Program-made: the position numbers and the translations under genes
Shown: positions 24,782-34,908 of the stretch, piece by piece
Layout of the letters: every line of letters starts with the position of its first letter
Position numbering within the stretch: position 1 is the first letter of the stretch
Assembly: GCA_002104905.1 (NCBI GenBank)
Contig: MCFE01000374.1
Coordinates: 20,824-84,823, forward strand
Length of the DNA: 64,000 nt
Direction of reading: 5' to 3'
Source of the DNA: Basidiobolus meristosporus CBS 931.73
Lineage: Eukaryota; Fungi; Basidiobolomycota
Notes under the pieces: model-generated
The model's database searches: none
Told to the model about the DNA's origin: nothing
What the model saw: only the letters and a program-made list of their open reading frames with translations

Positions 24782-25084
24782 ATGGCAGCACTAAGCCCGG
24801 ATTTTCTGAAAGATGCAGAGCGTTTCTACTCAAGGTTATCAGAAAGACGCAGGAACGATTCGGAGAATGTGCCCACTTACCGACGAAGATCTGCATTACC
24901 CACGCTCGAGGAGGCTCGCAGAGTTGGGGTAAGAAGTCGGCCTTACAAATCCAAAAATCGAGTAGATTCTACCGAAGTGTCCAAGCGACTTAAGGCCTAC
25001 CTAGGAAGTAAAGAGACGCACCCTTTACCCACGCTGTGCGCAGCAAAACCCAGGCTCCTTCAAGAGCGGGATATTTTAATCTGA
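24782..25084 (+). CDS. Hypothetical 100-aa basic protein
   Basis: aaATGGCA start, TATATAA about 70 bp upstream, own intergenic space; no recognised family. Confidence 0.45.
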   Translation: MAALSPDFLKDAERFYSRLSERRRNDSENVPTYRRRSALPTLEEARRVGVRSRPYKSKNRVDSTEVSKRLKAYLGSKETHPLPTLCAAKPRLLQERDILI

Positions 25085-25444
25085 AGGCCTTGTTTGGATG
25101 ATGTCCACTCCTGCATGTGCAACTAAAGAGATATGTAAAAAAAGCAAGCTAATGTAATTTGATGGTTAGCTAATACAGAGATTCGGATTCCAAATTCCTG
25201 TCCATACTAACCCATCGTTTACACTACTCGATAACCTAGCAAGAAAATCCAAGCCACATGAATCGGTTCTGTCTGTACGCTCTCGCTAATGAACATGTTC
25301 CATTTCCAAGCTAAATTTGGGGATTTCTTCAGCGGTCACACACCAATAAAGCAAATGGAAATGCATTGTCTCAGCCAAGCCCTAGCGGCCTATAAATTCA
25401 GATACTACCCTCTTGGACACACAGACCCCTTTCATTACACCTCA

Positions 25445-27976
25445 ATGGATGTTGCTAATTTAATATATTCCGGTGATGTGGCTGCAATACAGAAGAATAT
25501 TCTTCCTGCTTCTGTTAATCAACTTGACTCTCAGGGAAGATCCGCCTTAGGAATCGCTGCTACAACCAACAACGTGGCCATCGTGGAGAAACTGCTAGAG
25601 ATTGGAGCAGACGTTAATCTAAGACATGAAAATGGCGCGAGCCCTATTTCTATCGCTGCTGAGTATGGCTACTTTCAAGTGGTAAAAGCAATCGCCAGAC
25701 ATGAGTGGGATGTGAAGGAGCAAGGGCCCCAAGTGCTACTGAATTGTATTCGACACAACAACCCACATATCATCGATTGGCTGTATGCTCAGGGAGTAAC
25801 CCCTGGTTTATTTGAAGAGTCCGAAAAACTCCCAATGGTGCAAGCTGTGTATCACGGTCATTTGGAGAACGTTAGGAAACTGGCTGAACTTGGATTTGAT
25901 GTCAATAAGTTTGAATCCCACGGTAGTAACCACTCAGCACTGCTAACTGCTTGCTACTGGAACCAAATAGATATTGCACAATATTTGTTGAGTCTACCCG
26001 AGATTAATCTGGGCTATAAACGACAGGGCTATCAAGGTTTAATGCTGGCCATTGGGGGAAATCATCCTCGCATAGCTCGTAAATTGCTTGAAGCAGGCGT
26101 GGATCCCTCGGATTACGATCCGGAAACAGAACAAGCACCAATGGTTCAAGCAGGGTATGTGGGTTCGACTGAAATAGCCAAAGAACTAGTCAATCACGGG
26201 GGAAGATATGAAGCACTTGACAGTCGAAATGATACCATGCTTATGCTTGCCTCATATTGGGGGCATGCGGAATTGGTGCGATACTTACTGTCAGAAACAA
26301 TTGATCTTTCGATCCATGACCAGGGGAAGAGAAGTTTGCTCAAGGCAATTGAGCAGGATCACGACAGAATAGTTAAATCGCTACTAGAGTATGGCCAGAG
26401 CCCAAACCCCGACGACCCAGAGGTGGACACAGTGCCTATCATACGAGCCAGCTACAAGGATAACGTGAAAATCATCAACTTACTTCTAAAGCATGGTGCT
26501 GACAGTAATACAGTGGGCCATGACTCCTCGACATCAATCACCACTGCTGCCTATTGGAATCACGAAAAGGCCTTGGTATGCTTGCTCGAACATGGGGTGG
26601 ACTTCAACAAAGAGAAGCAAGGGTTCCGTGCACTCATTATCGCAATCGAGCGAGGCCATTTTCGCATCGCTCGGAAATTGCTTGAAGCTGGTGTGGATGC
26701 TGAGGACTACGACCCTGAGGTCGATCCAGTACCCATGGTGACTGCAGGCGCAAATGGCAGCGTCAAAACGTTGGAAGTTTTACTCAAGCACAGTCTTGAT
26801 ATCAACTCGATACGGCATGACGACCATACTGCGTTGACTATTGCTACTTATTGGGATCACTATGCTGCTGTGAAAGCCATCATCGAGGCCGGAGTGGATA
26901 TGGAAAGCCACCGTCAAGGCTGGAGGGCTTTGATAATCGCTGTAAATCGAAACCACCATCGAATACTGAAGCTATTGCTTAACACAGGCATGAAGATGAA
27001 TCTACCGGTCGAAGGGGACGATCCGAATCCCATCCTGATCGCCGCCCGTGATGGGAACACGGAAATACTAAAGCTATTACTTGGTGCTGGTGCTGGTGGT
27101 GATCTGAACCAATATTGGGGAACCGTCAGCTGCCCATTGATGGCAACTATTTCCTCCAACCATTACGATGCTACAAAATACCTAATCGAGAATAGCTCAG
27201 CAGCACACAACAAGGAATTACTCGAAAATGCCCTTCAGGAGGCTGAAAAGCGCGGTCTTTCAGAGCACTGCCAGCTGTTGCAAGAATCCCTGCTAAAAAA
27301 AGAGGACTCGGCCAACGAAGACATATTTGCATGCATAAAATCTGGGGAATTAGCCGCCGTTCGTGAATGTCTGTCACGAAGTCCAGAGAGGATATATTCG
27401 AGGCTGGCGCCAACAGAACAAACGCCCTTGATAGTTGCCAGCAGGGAAAATCAGCCAGAGATAATCGAGTTTCTCCTGGAAAAGGGTGCCAATATCGATG
27501 CAAGCGACAACGAACGACAGACACCTTTGATTCTTGCCGTTCGCTTGGACCTACAAGAGATCGTCCACATTCTACTGAAACGTGGCGCCAATCCAAACTT
27601 ATGTACGGGGCCGCAAAACAAGACACCTCTGATGTTTGCGATAGAAAACGATCATAAGGAGATATTTGAACTGCTACTCCAACATAATGCCTCTGTATGT
27701 TATCCTGATTTACGCTTAAGAACCCCATTGATGTACGCAGCTGAGGAAGGGCGCGACCACTTCTTACCCCCGCTGCTGGAAAAGGGAGCCCGCATCCAAG
27801 AACGGGATGACTCGGACACCACAGCCATAATGCTCGCCTCATACAAACACCATCAAAAAACTGCTCAAGTTCTCATTGAAAATGGGGCCACCATTGAAAA
27901 ACGGGATCTTAACAAGCTTAGTGGGATTGGATGGCTCATGTCACTGATAAAACGATCACTATCCAATTTCTTCTAA
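25445..27976 (+). CDS. Intronless ankyrin-repeat protein (~20 repeats)
   Basis: Repeated G.S/TAL..A/TPL..A...GAD.N motifs throughout. TATAAA at 25391 favours the ATG at 25445 over 25289. Confidence 0.92.
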   Translation: MDVANLIYSGDVAAIQKNILPASVNQLDSQGRSALGIAATTNNVAIVEKLLEIGADVNLRHENGASPISIAAEYGYFQVVKAIARHEWDVKEQGPQVLLNCIRHNNPHIIDWLYAQGVTPGLFEESEKLPMVQAVYHGHLENVRKLAELGFDVNKFESHGSNHSALLTACYWNQIDIAQYLLSLPEINLGYKRQGYQGLMLAIGGNHPRIARKLLEAGVDPSDYDPETEQAPMVQAGYVGSTEIAKELVNHGGRYEALDSRNDTMLMLASYWGHAELVRYLLSETIDLSIHDQGKRSLLKAIEQDHDRIVKSLLEYGQSPNPDDPEVDTVPIIRASYKDNVKIINLLLKHGADSNTVGHDSSTSITTAAYWNHEKALVCLLEHGVDFNKEKQGFRALIIAIERGHFRIARKLLEAGVDAEDYDPEVDPVPMVTAGANGSVKTLEVLLKHSLDINSIRHDDHTALTIATYWDHYAAVKAIIEAGVDMESHRQGWRALIIAVNRNHHRILKLLLNTGMKMNLPVEGDDPNPILIAARDGNTEILKLLLGAGAGGDLNQYWGTVSCPLMATISSNHYDATKYLIENSSAAHNKELLENALQEAEKRGLSEHCQLLQESLLKKEDSANEDIFACIKSGELAAVRECLSRSPERIYSRLAPTEQTPLIVASRENQPEIIEFLLEKGANIDASDNERQTPLILAVRLDLQEIVHILLKRGANPNLCTGPQNKTPLMFAIENDHKEIFELLLQHNASVCYPDLRLRTPLMYAAEEGRDHFLPPLLEKGARIQERDDSDTTAIMLASYKHHQKTAQVLIENGATIEKRDLNKLSGIGWLMSLIKRSLSNFF

Positions 27977-28206
27977 GTATTTCAAACATTTCCTTTAATT
28001 AAATACCGGCTTAGCTGACTCTGTAATCATGAGCAATTGATCGATTTCACAAGCCCACCTCCGTCTTATTTTAAGGTTGGCTGAATGTGATGTGATTTGG
28101 TGGGCTTTGCGCAGAAGTGACTAGCATCGTTTTGGCATTGGCTTGGGGGAAGGTTTGGATTTAATGCAACCCACCCTCATCAGCTATAAAGCAAACTGCC
28201 GCTATC

Positions 28207-28671
28207 ATGTTCAAGAAGAGTTGCGGCTGTCTTGACTTGAGGTTTAGCTGTCTCTTCCTCACCATCATTCAGATGGCTTGGGGTGTACTCTCCATAATCA
28301 CCTCTGGACTGGAGCTGATAAAGCTAAGAGATTTCCATGCAACGACGGAGAATGCCAACCTGGCCCGTAGTGGGATGTGCGTTTTCATCACCTCCGGGGT
28401 AGCTACCCTGCTGGTTGGCGGGTGCGGTTACTTCGGCACTCTTCGGAGCAAACCCAACATCCTGCTGGCATACTTGATACTCGACACAATGTCGATACTG
28501 ATCTCAGTGGCAGCAGTGGTGATTGTTTGGCAGATAGGTGAAGGATTACAGGTGGTGCAGATCATAGCCTCGGCAGTCTTCCAAGGAACATTCTCGTTTT
28601 TCATAGCGGAATACCGCAAACTGATTATGCTTGATGCCCACACCGGAAAGATCCATGCAGATGTCCAGTAG
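28207..28671 (+). CDS. Small four-TM membrane protein (tetraspanin/LAPTM-like)
   Basis: N-terminal SCGCLDLR, four hydrophobic segments, TM2-3 motif LLVGGCGYFG..R.K..LL.Y; TATAAA upstream near 28185. Confidence 0.7.
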   Translation: MFKKSCGCLDLRFSCLFLTIIQMAWGVLSIITSGLELIKLRDFHATTENANLARSGMCVFITSGVATLLVGGCGYFGTLRSKPNILLAYLILDTMSILISVAAVVIVWQIGEGLQVVQIIASAVFQGTFSFFIAEYRKLIMLDAHTGKIHADVQ

Positions 28672-29314
28672 CGTTTAGTGGCAGAAACTGCTCCACTTGC
28701 AATGAGGCCATATATCGGGCCATTTCCCGACAGATTCCGGTCAAGAACCATGCAATCATCAACATTCAAAACTGGATAGATTGATGTGACCAATTCCCAT
28801 TCTGAGGCCTTCCAAATATATGACGAAATAAACGAAATGGGGTATTTTTCCCAGAGCCAGCCACTCCCCATGGATGCAGGGGGATAAATTTAGAATCCAT
28901 CAACAGCCCGCTTGATTCGAGGATCCCCAATGGCGCCCGTGTTACAAAGTGATCTGATTGACTTGTATAATGAATTGGAATATTGGTGCTAGCATGCTTA
29001 ACATATCGTGTTGGAGATATATTCTACATATTAGCAGCAATTCATGTGAAATGGGTGTGCAACGTCAGGTTTGGCTTTAATACTTCATCGAATGGATGAA
29101 TATGGGAATAGCTGTAGCGTCAAGATGTATGACATCGGTTCCATTTGCATCATTGGCTTGGATCAGAAAGTTTAAACCGTTTTAGTGCGTCTAGTACGTT
29201 TTAGCGTTTGGCTCTTTGGGGTTGCTCAGATCTTTTTTTAGATTCTCCACCGTTCGCGTATAAATACCGCTGGGCAGCTTGGGAAGTGAGCCACATTATC
29301 CAGTTTCCCGAAAG

Positions 29315-29887
29315 ATGACTGCTGTTCTTTCCAGTGCCAACTCCCCCGCCAAACCCGCGGTCACCACCCGCGTGCGCAACACCTCGCCCATTCGACCTGG
29401 TCAGATTGCGTTCGAGATTGGGCTGGGCGAGAACGAGCAAGCGATCGTTCGCACCCACCACCAAACATACTACACCATGACGTTGAAGAAAGGATTGTTC
29501 GGTAGCAAAGTGAAAGTTTACGACGCGATTGGCAAGAAGGAGCTGTTCGTTGCGAAGAGTAGAGCGGCGCTGGGCTATATCCAGGTGCATAGCCCTTGCT
29601 TCGAAACCCGTCTCCAGTTCTCGCGACCCGCCTCCAAGAGTGGGGTGTACGGGTTCGAGGTGCACGGGGAGAAGTATTTTTGGGATTACCTTCACAACTC
29701 CCACTTGCGATGCTTTGTCGCTTCTACCAAGACTTTGGTAGCCCAGTTCCAGTACAACTTTGACGAGGATTGCCGGAAAGTGGGCCAACTCGTGTTGGCC
29801 GAGCAAGCAACCCAGCCCCATATCCAGCCCTTCCTTATCCTCACTGCCCTCTTATTCCTGAAGCCCAAAATCTGGTGCTCCGAGTAA
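29315..29887 (+). CDS. Tubby-C/LURP-one-like (DUF6593-like) beta-barrel protein
   Basis: Alternating beta-strand pattern, F...G.KY.W, LVAQF, and a C-terminal hydrophobic helix (LILTALLF); GC-rich coding bias. Confidence 0.65.
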   Translation: MTAVLSSANSPAKPAVTTRVRNTSPIRPGQIAFEIGLGENEQAIVRTHHQTYYTMTLKKGLFGSKVKVYDAIGKKELFVAKSRAALGYIQVHSPCFETRLQFSRPASKSGVYGFEVHGEKYFWDYLHNSHLRCFVASTKTLVAQFQYNFDEDCRKVGQLVLAEQATQPHIQPFLILTALLFLKPKIWCSE

Positions 29888-30236
29888 CCGCTTCGTTTCT
29901 CCGTAAAGCTGGACTCTTTACCTTTACCTGTTCATTGTTGTTCCCCCATTCACCCCATTGGATCCACGTAAATTTCCCATGATCCAGGACTTATGATGCA
30001 GTTGACCGCTCCACCAAATCCGTAGATATCGCATCGATCACCCATCTGTACATAATAAACCTCTCATCACATCAAAATTTTCTTCACAGTTCTAGAAATC
30101 AGGGCAATGGTTTGAAAAGTAGGTTCGAGGCCCGACTGCACCGAATGTAGCACCATCGCTTGTGCACCATTCGATCTCAGTCTTTCGGGACTCGGATAGG
30201 CTGTGGGTTCCAACACAACCTTGCGCCAGTCTCGAA

Positions 30237-30716
30237 TCAGCACTTGGCCCACGGGTGGAAAGCATAAAGGGACTCGAGGCCATTTTCGGCCAGTTCGTTG
30301 CCCGATTCGAGGGGGCTGAGGATTGTCGTGGCGGTTGGGAATCGGGCGTTTTTTTGGCAGTTGCAACACATGCTGGAGTTCTGGTTTGTGATGGGCAAAG
30401 CTAGCGCCAATCCCGCTTTAGTTAGATTGGATATGGGAATGTTGGCGGATTTCTTGTACACAACATTCACGGGATATGCTATGCGCTTCTTTAGAAACAT
30501 TAACTCCATTTCCGTATCTTTCTGATTACACCTAGTTCGCTTACTTTGGCCCTGAAATGGCATGTTTTGGCAGCATGTAGTGACGAACACCCTCCACCTT
30601 AGCCTGAACACACACCTTTGAATCGATTGTAGTCGACTATTGATTTGGTGCTCGCTACCGAAACCTAAAATCCAATAATGTTGGCCTTGGGGTATAGTTT
30701 CTTCCGGAGCATGCAT
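30237..30716 (-). CDS. Possible hypothetical protein (boundaries uncertain)
   Basis: 159-aa ORF in the last CpG-rich segment; no motif recognised. Confidence 0.25.
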   Translation of the reverse strand: MHAPEETIPQGQHYWILGFGSEHQINSRLQSIQRCVFRLRWRVFVTTCCQNMPFQGQSKRTRCNQKDTEMELMFLKKRIAYPVNVVYKKSANIPISNLTKAGLALALPITNQNSSMCCNCQKNARFPTATTILSPLESGNELAENGLESLYAFHPWAKC

Positions 30717-31099
30717 CCATATGCGTTGAGCTATTCAGGCAATCGGATTGGTCAATTTGGACGTTCACTCCATCGGATCCCACCTTGTCCCAAATTTTCG
30801 AGAAATGATTCATTGGCCCCACTTTGCCGCATTCAATTGACCTCGATTCTTGTGCCCTCCTTCCTGCAGAAACGGATTTGCATTGTTGGATGATTCATGC
30901 TTGTACCGTGTGGTCGACGGCTGATGGCTGACTGGGGAGAGGGAGGGGGAGGGGATTGGATTTCTCAACACCGAAACAAATGTCCCGTGGTTGAAGATGG
31001 AGGGTGTATGATATGGATTTTTATAGTATTCCCAAAGCTGCGGAAAATTTCTCTTGGCACTCAGGCAGAATATTGCAGCTGAGCCTACACTGATAATAT

Positions 31100-31460
31100 C
31101 TCCGGTTTTCTACAATTCAAGCTTGGCTATGAACTGTTTGAGGCACCTTCAGATGTTGTAGGTGATTAGGAAATCAAGTACTCTGTGGCCTTCACTTATT
31201 TTTGGTAATTGGTGCACTGCTAATTCTCTCACTTTCTGATCCTGAACACTCAATCACCTCCTACACTTGTGTACATTGATTGGCTATTGCCTCTTTCTCA
31301 CACTCCTTACTTCCTGACTCATCCAATGCTCTTACTTTTCATGCATGCAAATTTGTTTATAAAAATTGAATCTTCAGTTGTCAATTGCCAATTGTACTGA
31401 CCTGTACAAGTCTCTATACAGAAGTAGTAATAAGTCCTTAATCCACATTACTGAAATTGG
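31100..31460 (-). mobile_element. Degenerate LINE fragment
   Basis: 31240-31450 is visibly similar to 44265-44470 (LINE ORF1/endonuclease junction). Confidence 0.5.
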
Positions 31461-31539
31461 TGGAAACACACTGGTTCTTGAGCCAATACATCACATCATT
31501 TGCTAGTAAATGGGCAACAGGGTTCACTAGGCTCCATAA

Positions 31540-32115
31540 TGTTGTAAAAATTTGTATTTCCACCTAAATATTCACCTAACTTAGTCACTTAGATCATTAC
31601 CCTCAAATCCTAGAGAATACTGACCAAATTCCTTGTTGGGATTTACTTAGAATATTTTCACCAAAATACCTGGTACCCAGAACATGAAAATTCTCAAAGT
31701 TGTCCAAACAGCCCCAAACTTAGCACACATGCTCTTGGGACCTTTCTTAACCTATTCTACATGTTTGTTATGCCAAGACCATGTAAAAGTATAAATACTA
31801 CTTTTACATTCAATAAATCATTAAGTGAAACCACATAATCTACTTGTTCTCCCAATCACTTCCAATATCTCCAAGACTCTTACAATAGGTTATGAGCCCC
31901 AAGCTGTCACTCTCTGCAATGTCTACTACTGCTATTACTGGAATTTTTCCCTTTGCTGAAAAGTTGGATGGATCTAACTACCAAGTGTGGAAGGTGAAGA
32001 TGAAGATCCTGCTACAAGAAAGAGGCCTTTGGGATATTGTCATGGGAGAAGAATGCCCTCCTAAAAACATGGGAGAGGAAGCCTTAAAGTACCAGAAGAA
32101 AGAACAAAGTGCCTT
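31540..32115 (+). mobile_element. 5' part of a Ty1/copia element: LTR 31540-31887, PBS GGTTATGAGCCC 31888-31899, truncated gag
   Basis: TGTTG start; copia-type half-tRNA-iMet PBS; gag N-terminus LDGSNYQVWKVKMKILLQERGLWDIV breaks off near 32115. Confidence 0.85.
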
Positions 32116-32208
32116 TGATGATCACTGATTTGCAATGGCTTGATTCGGATCGCAAAAAAAAAGGGTTGTTGGGATCATTACAAATGTGAGCGATTCACAG
32201 CGATCGCA

Positions 32209-33480
32209 TCATCTTCTCCTGGGTTTTTTTCTCACAGGGATTACTACTGAAGCATTTGGTAGTGACTCACTTTGCACACCTATACTACTTCCTGGCTGAC
32301 TATCATCTTGGCTACTTGTGTATTTGTAGTCAGTATTTTGCCTCCTAGTTGATGAGTGCGATGCTGCAGCTTGGCCGCGCTGAATCGCTCTGACTGAACC
32401 AACTGAACCAACTGAACTGGCCTGTAGTGCCACGCACTGACGCGTTCTTTTACTTGCCAAGGGCTCCGGTGGTTGAGTCACTTCATGTTGGTCATCATCA
32501 GTCAGTTCACCAGATGTAACTTGCTGATGGTCAGGCAAAACAGCACGCGCAGGCGCGCCTTGACGTGTTGAGATGGCCCTTGGCTGAGTTTGATGTGATG
32601 CCGCATGTTGACGCGACTTGGTCTGCTCCAATGGACTTGTGTCTAAGTGAGCAGTTTGGCGAGTTCTGGTAGTTTTGCTCTGAAGCGCGTGCGTTGACCC
32701 GACGCGTGTTGACTCAATGCGCGTTGACTCGACGCGGGGCGTTCTGGTAAAGGGTGTTGGCGTGGTCTGGACTGACGTGCGCCGGCGCGCTGTGGTTGCA
32801 AGAGATGGTAGGGAATCCAGCAAGGCGTGCTGGCGCAATCTGGACGATGTTGCTCGCGGTCTGTATTCTTCCTCCTGAAGCTCACCATCTGATTCCTCAA
32901 GGTATTTACTTACCCTCTGTCTGATACTTTGGAGCTGTTGCCTGGATGAGTCCTGTGTATATTGCTCTTGGAAGCCACTTAGCTCTACTAATATATCACG
33001 TAGTACATTAGTCATTTGAGGCAAAAACTCATTCAAAATCTCTTTGGTTCCCAAAGTTGAGGCACAAACAGATGCGTCCGGCCCGTACTGTGCAAATTGC
33101 GCGCAAAATTGTTCCCGCGCGGCTTCCTCGTCAAATCCCCTCACTCTCAGCTCATTCTTGATTTCAATACTTGTGTTGTTATATATCTTTTTACATACAT
33201 CGGCTGGCATCTTGATGTAGAACTCATACCACAGCTTTCTACTCAAATTCTTCCATCTTTGTCGACTCTCTGAGGTATCTAGTTCTGCTAGATTAATCAG
33301 TAGTGCCCAAATATCTGTATGAAGGCTCATCATAGACACTTGGGCCATACTAAAATCATTTGGCGAGAACTCGAACGGATCCGACATCGACTTTTCCGGT
33401 CCAGACCGCGCTTGTGAGCTGGGGGATGGGTTTTGTCTGGGTTGTACTAAAGATGAGTTGAGGCTTGGTATGGGGACCAT
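32209..33480 (-). CDS. Orphan ORF (up to 423 aa; probable start MSDPFEF), helical N-half and disordered S/T/R/Q-rich C-half; possible transposon accessory gene
   Basis: Long open, CpG-rich frame inside the TE block; weak trihelix-like RQRWKNLSRK motif; divergent from the transposase. Confidence 0.55.
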   Translation of the reverse strand: MVPIPSLNSSLVQPRQNPSPSSQARSGPEKSMSDPFEFSPNDFSMAQVSMMSLHTDIWALLINLAELDTSESRQRWKNLSRKLWYEFYIKMPADVCKKIYNNTSIEIKNELRVRGFDEEAAREQFCAQFAQYGPDASVCASTLGTKEILNEFLPQMTNVLRDILVELSGFQEQYTQDSSRQQLQSIRQRVSKYLEESDGELQEEEYRPRATSSRLRQHALLDSLPSLATTARRRTSVQTTPTPFTRTPRVESTRIESTRVGSTHALQSKTTRTRQTAHLDTSPLEQTKSRQHAASHQTQPRAISTRQGAPARAVLPDHQQVTSGELTDDDQHEVTQPPEPLASKRTRQCVALQASSVGSVGSVRAIQRGQAAASHSSTRRQNTDYKYTSSQDDSQPGSSIGVQSESLPNASVVIPVRKKPRRR

Positions 33481-33839
33481 AGCAACGGATTTGGATACTT
33501 ATACAGCAGTATATTGGCATCAACCTGGTCTTATATGAAATATATATGAAAACTAAAGTGATTGCTGAATTTTCCATATATTATGCATGATGCATCTCGG
33601 ATCGCGTTGACACGGATCAGATCACATCAATCGCAGATTTCCTATTTGATTATAGACCTATGATTAAAGCATCAATAAAAGTACCAAGGCATTGTTTGCG
33701 GATGATTTTTGCGACATAATGATGGGATACATGGCAATTGATGGAGATTTAACCATAATGTGTTAAAAATCAGATAAATAACGCAGATCGCGCCGAATCG
33801 ATTCAAACCGCCTCCATACGATCATCCATCAATTTTAAT

Positions 33840-34724
33840 ATGACTTACTCATCTGAATGGTCTCTTCTCATCAATCCCATCACTACCACTGGATTTCCTT
33901 TTGACACACTGGAGGAGATCTATTCCAAGTACTGTGGACCATCAACCCCAATCTACTCAAGGAGATCCCTTGTTAAGCTTCTCTGCTATTACAAGAACTA
34001 ATGCCCTACAAGGTTTCATCCCACCATCCATGGCAACAAAAGTCCTAGAAGCTTTCATTCCCAGCTGACAGCAATGGAGAACCACCTTGCAGAGGGTATG
34101 AATGACTTAGAGCAAGCTTGGAATACTAGGTTCAGAAGCTCCAATAGACTTCCATATCCCAGAGTGTTCAGCAACAGGTTCTATATCAGGAGTATTTTGG
34201 ATACCTTCCCAGTGAGGATTAACAGACCTTCTAGAGGGCAGAGGCACTTTTATTCTGGCAAGTACAAGGCACACTGTGTGAAGTTTCAAGCACTGTCTGA
34301 CATTGAGGGTAACATCATCTGGTTTAGTGGGCCATTTGCTGGAAGTAGGCATGACAAAGCACTCTGGGTAGAGAATCATCCTGAATTCAGTAGAGGGGAG
34401 AAATGTATGGCAGACTTGGCCTATATAGGAGAGGATTGTCAGAGATTAGGATGTATTACAGCTTATAGGAAGCCAAGGAATGGTGTGCTTAGCAGGAAGC
34501 AGAAGCTCTACAATGAGATATTTAATCATTTCAGAGTAAGGGTAGAGCACACATTTGGATATCTGAAGAGATTCAGCATATTGGCAGGTAAATACAGAGG
34601 AAAGTCATATATAGGAGAAAACAGCAGAATAGGTAAAATAGTTAAGATACTTATCAATGCACAGTATGTTCATACAAGAAGACATCCACTGAGAGAAATG
34701 TGTCTGGAGCATTATGAAGAGTAA
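33840..34724 (+). pseudogene. IS5/ISL2/PIF-Harbinger-like DDE_Tnp_4 transposase with one in-frame stop (~33998)
   Basis: LDTFPVRINRP...FYSGKYKAHCVKFQ, GSRHD, ADLAYIG, RVRVEHTFGYLKRF (D-D-E). Upstream ATG 33840 is in frame across a single TAA (YYKN*). Confidence 0.88.
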
Positions 34725-34817
34725 ATAAAGCAAGGAAAGCACTATTCTGAGCAACATAAGTAAGATTGAGTAAAATTACCAGTAACTGTATCATACCACT
34801 GGCATCATGGTAGAAAT

Positions 34818-34906
34818 TATAGTGCCAGATAGTGCCGTAGAGTGCCAGATTGATCCGGCACTATAAACCGGCTGGCACTATGTGGCACTATCCAATGGAA
34901 CAAGTC
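34818..34906 (+). repeat. Right terminal repeat of the DDE_Tnp_4 element (...GTGGCACTATCCAATGGAACAAGTC|TA)
   Basis: Same terminus and TAGTGCCA/TGGCACTA motifs as 37366-37689 and 52542-53273. Confidence 0.75.
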
Positions 34907-34908
34907 TA

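Noticed and set aside
27171-28871. 223-aa and 147-aa minus-strand ORFs
   Set aside because: Antisense to the ankyrin and tetraspan genes.
29201-29821. 206-aa minus-strand ORF
   Set aside because: Antisense of the better-supported tubby-like gene.
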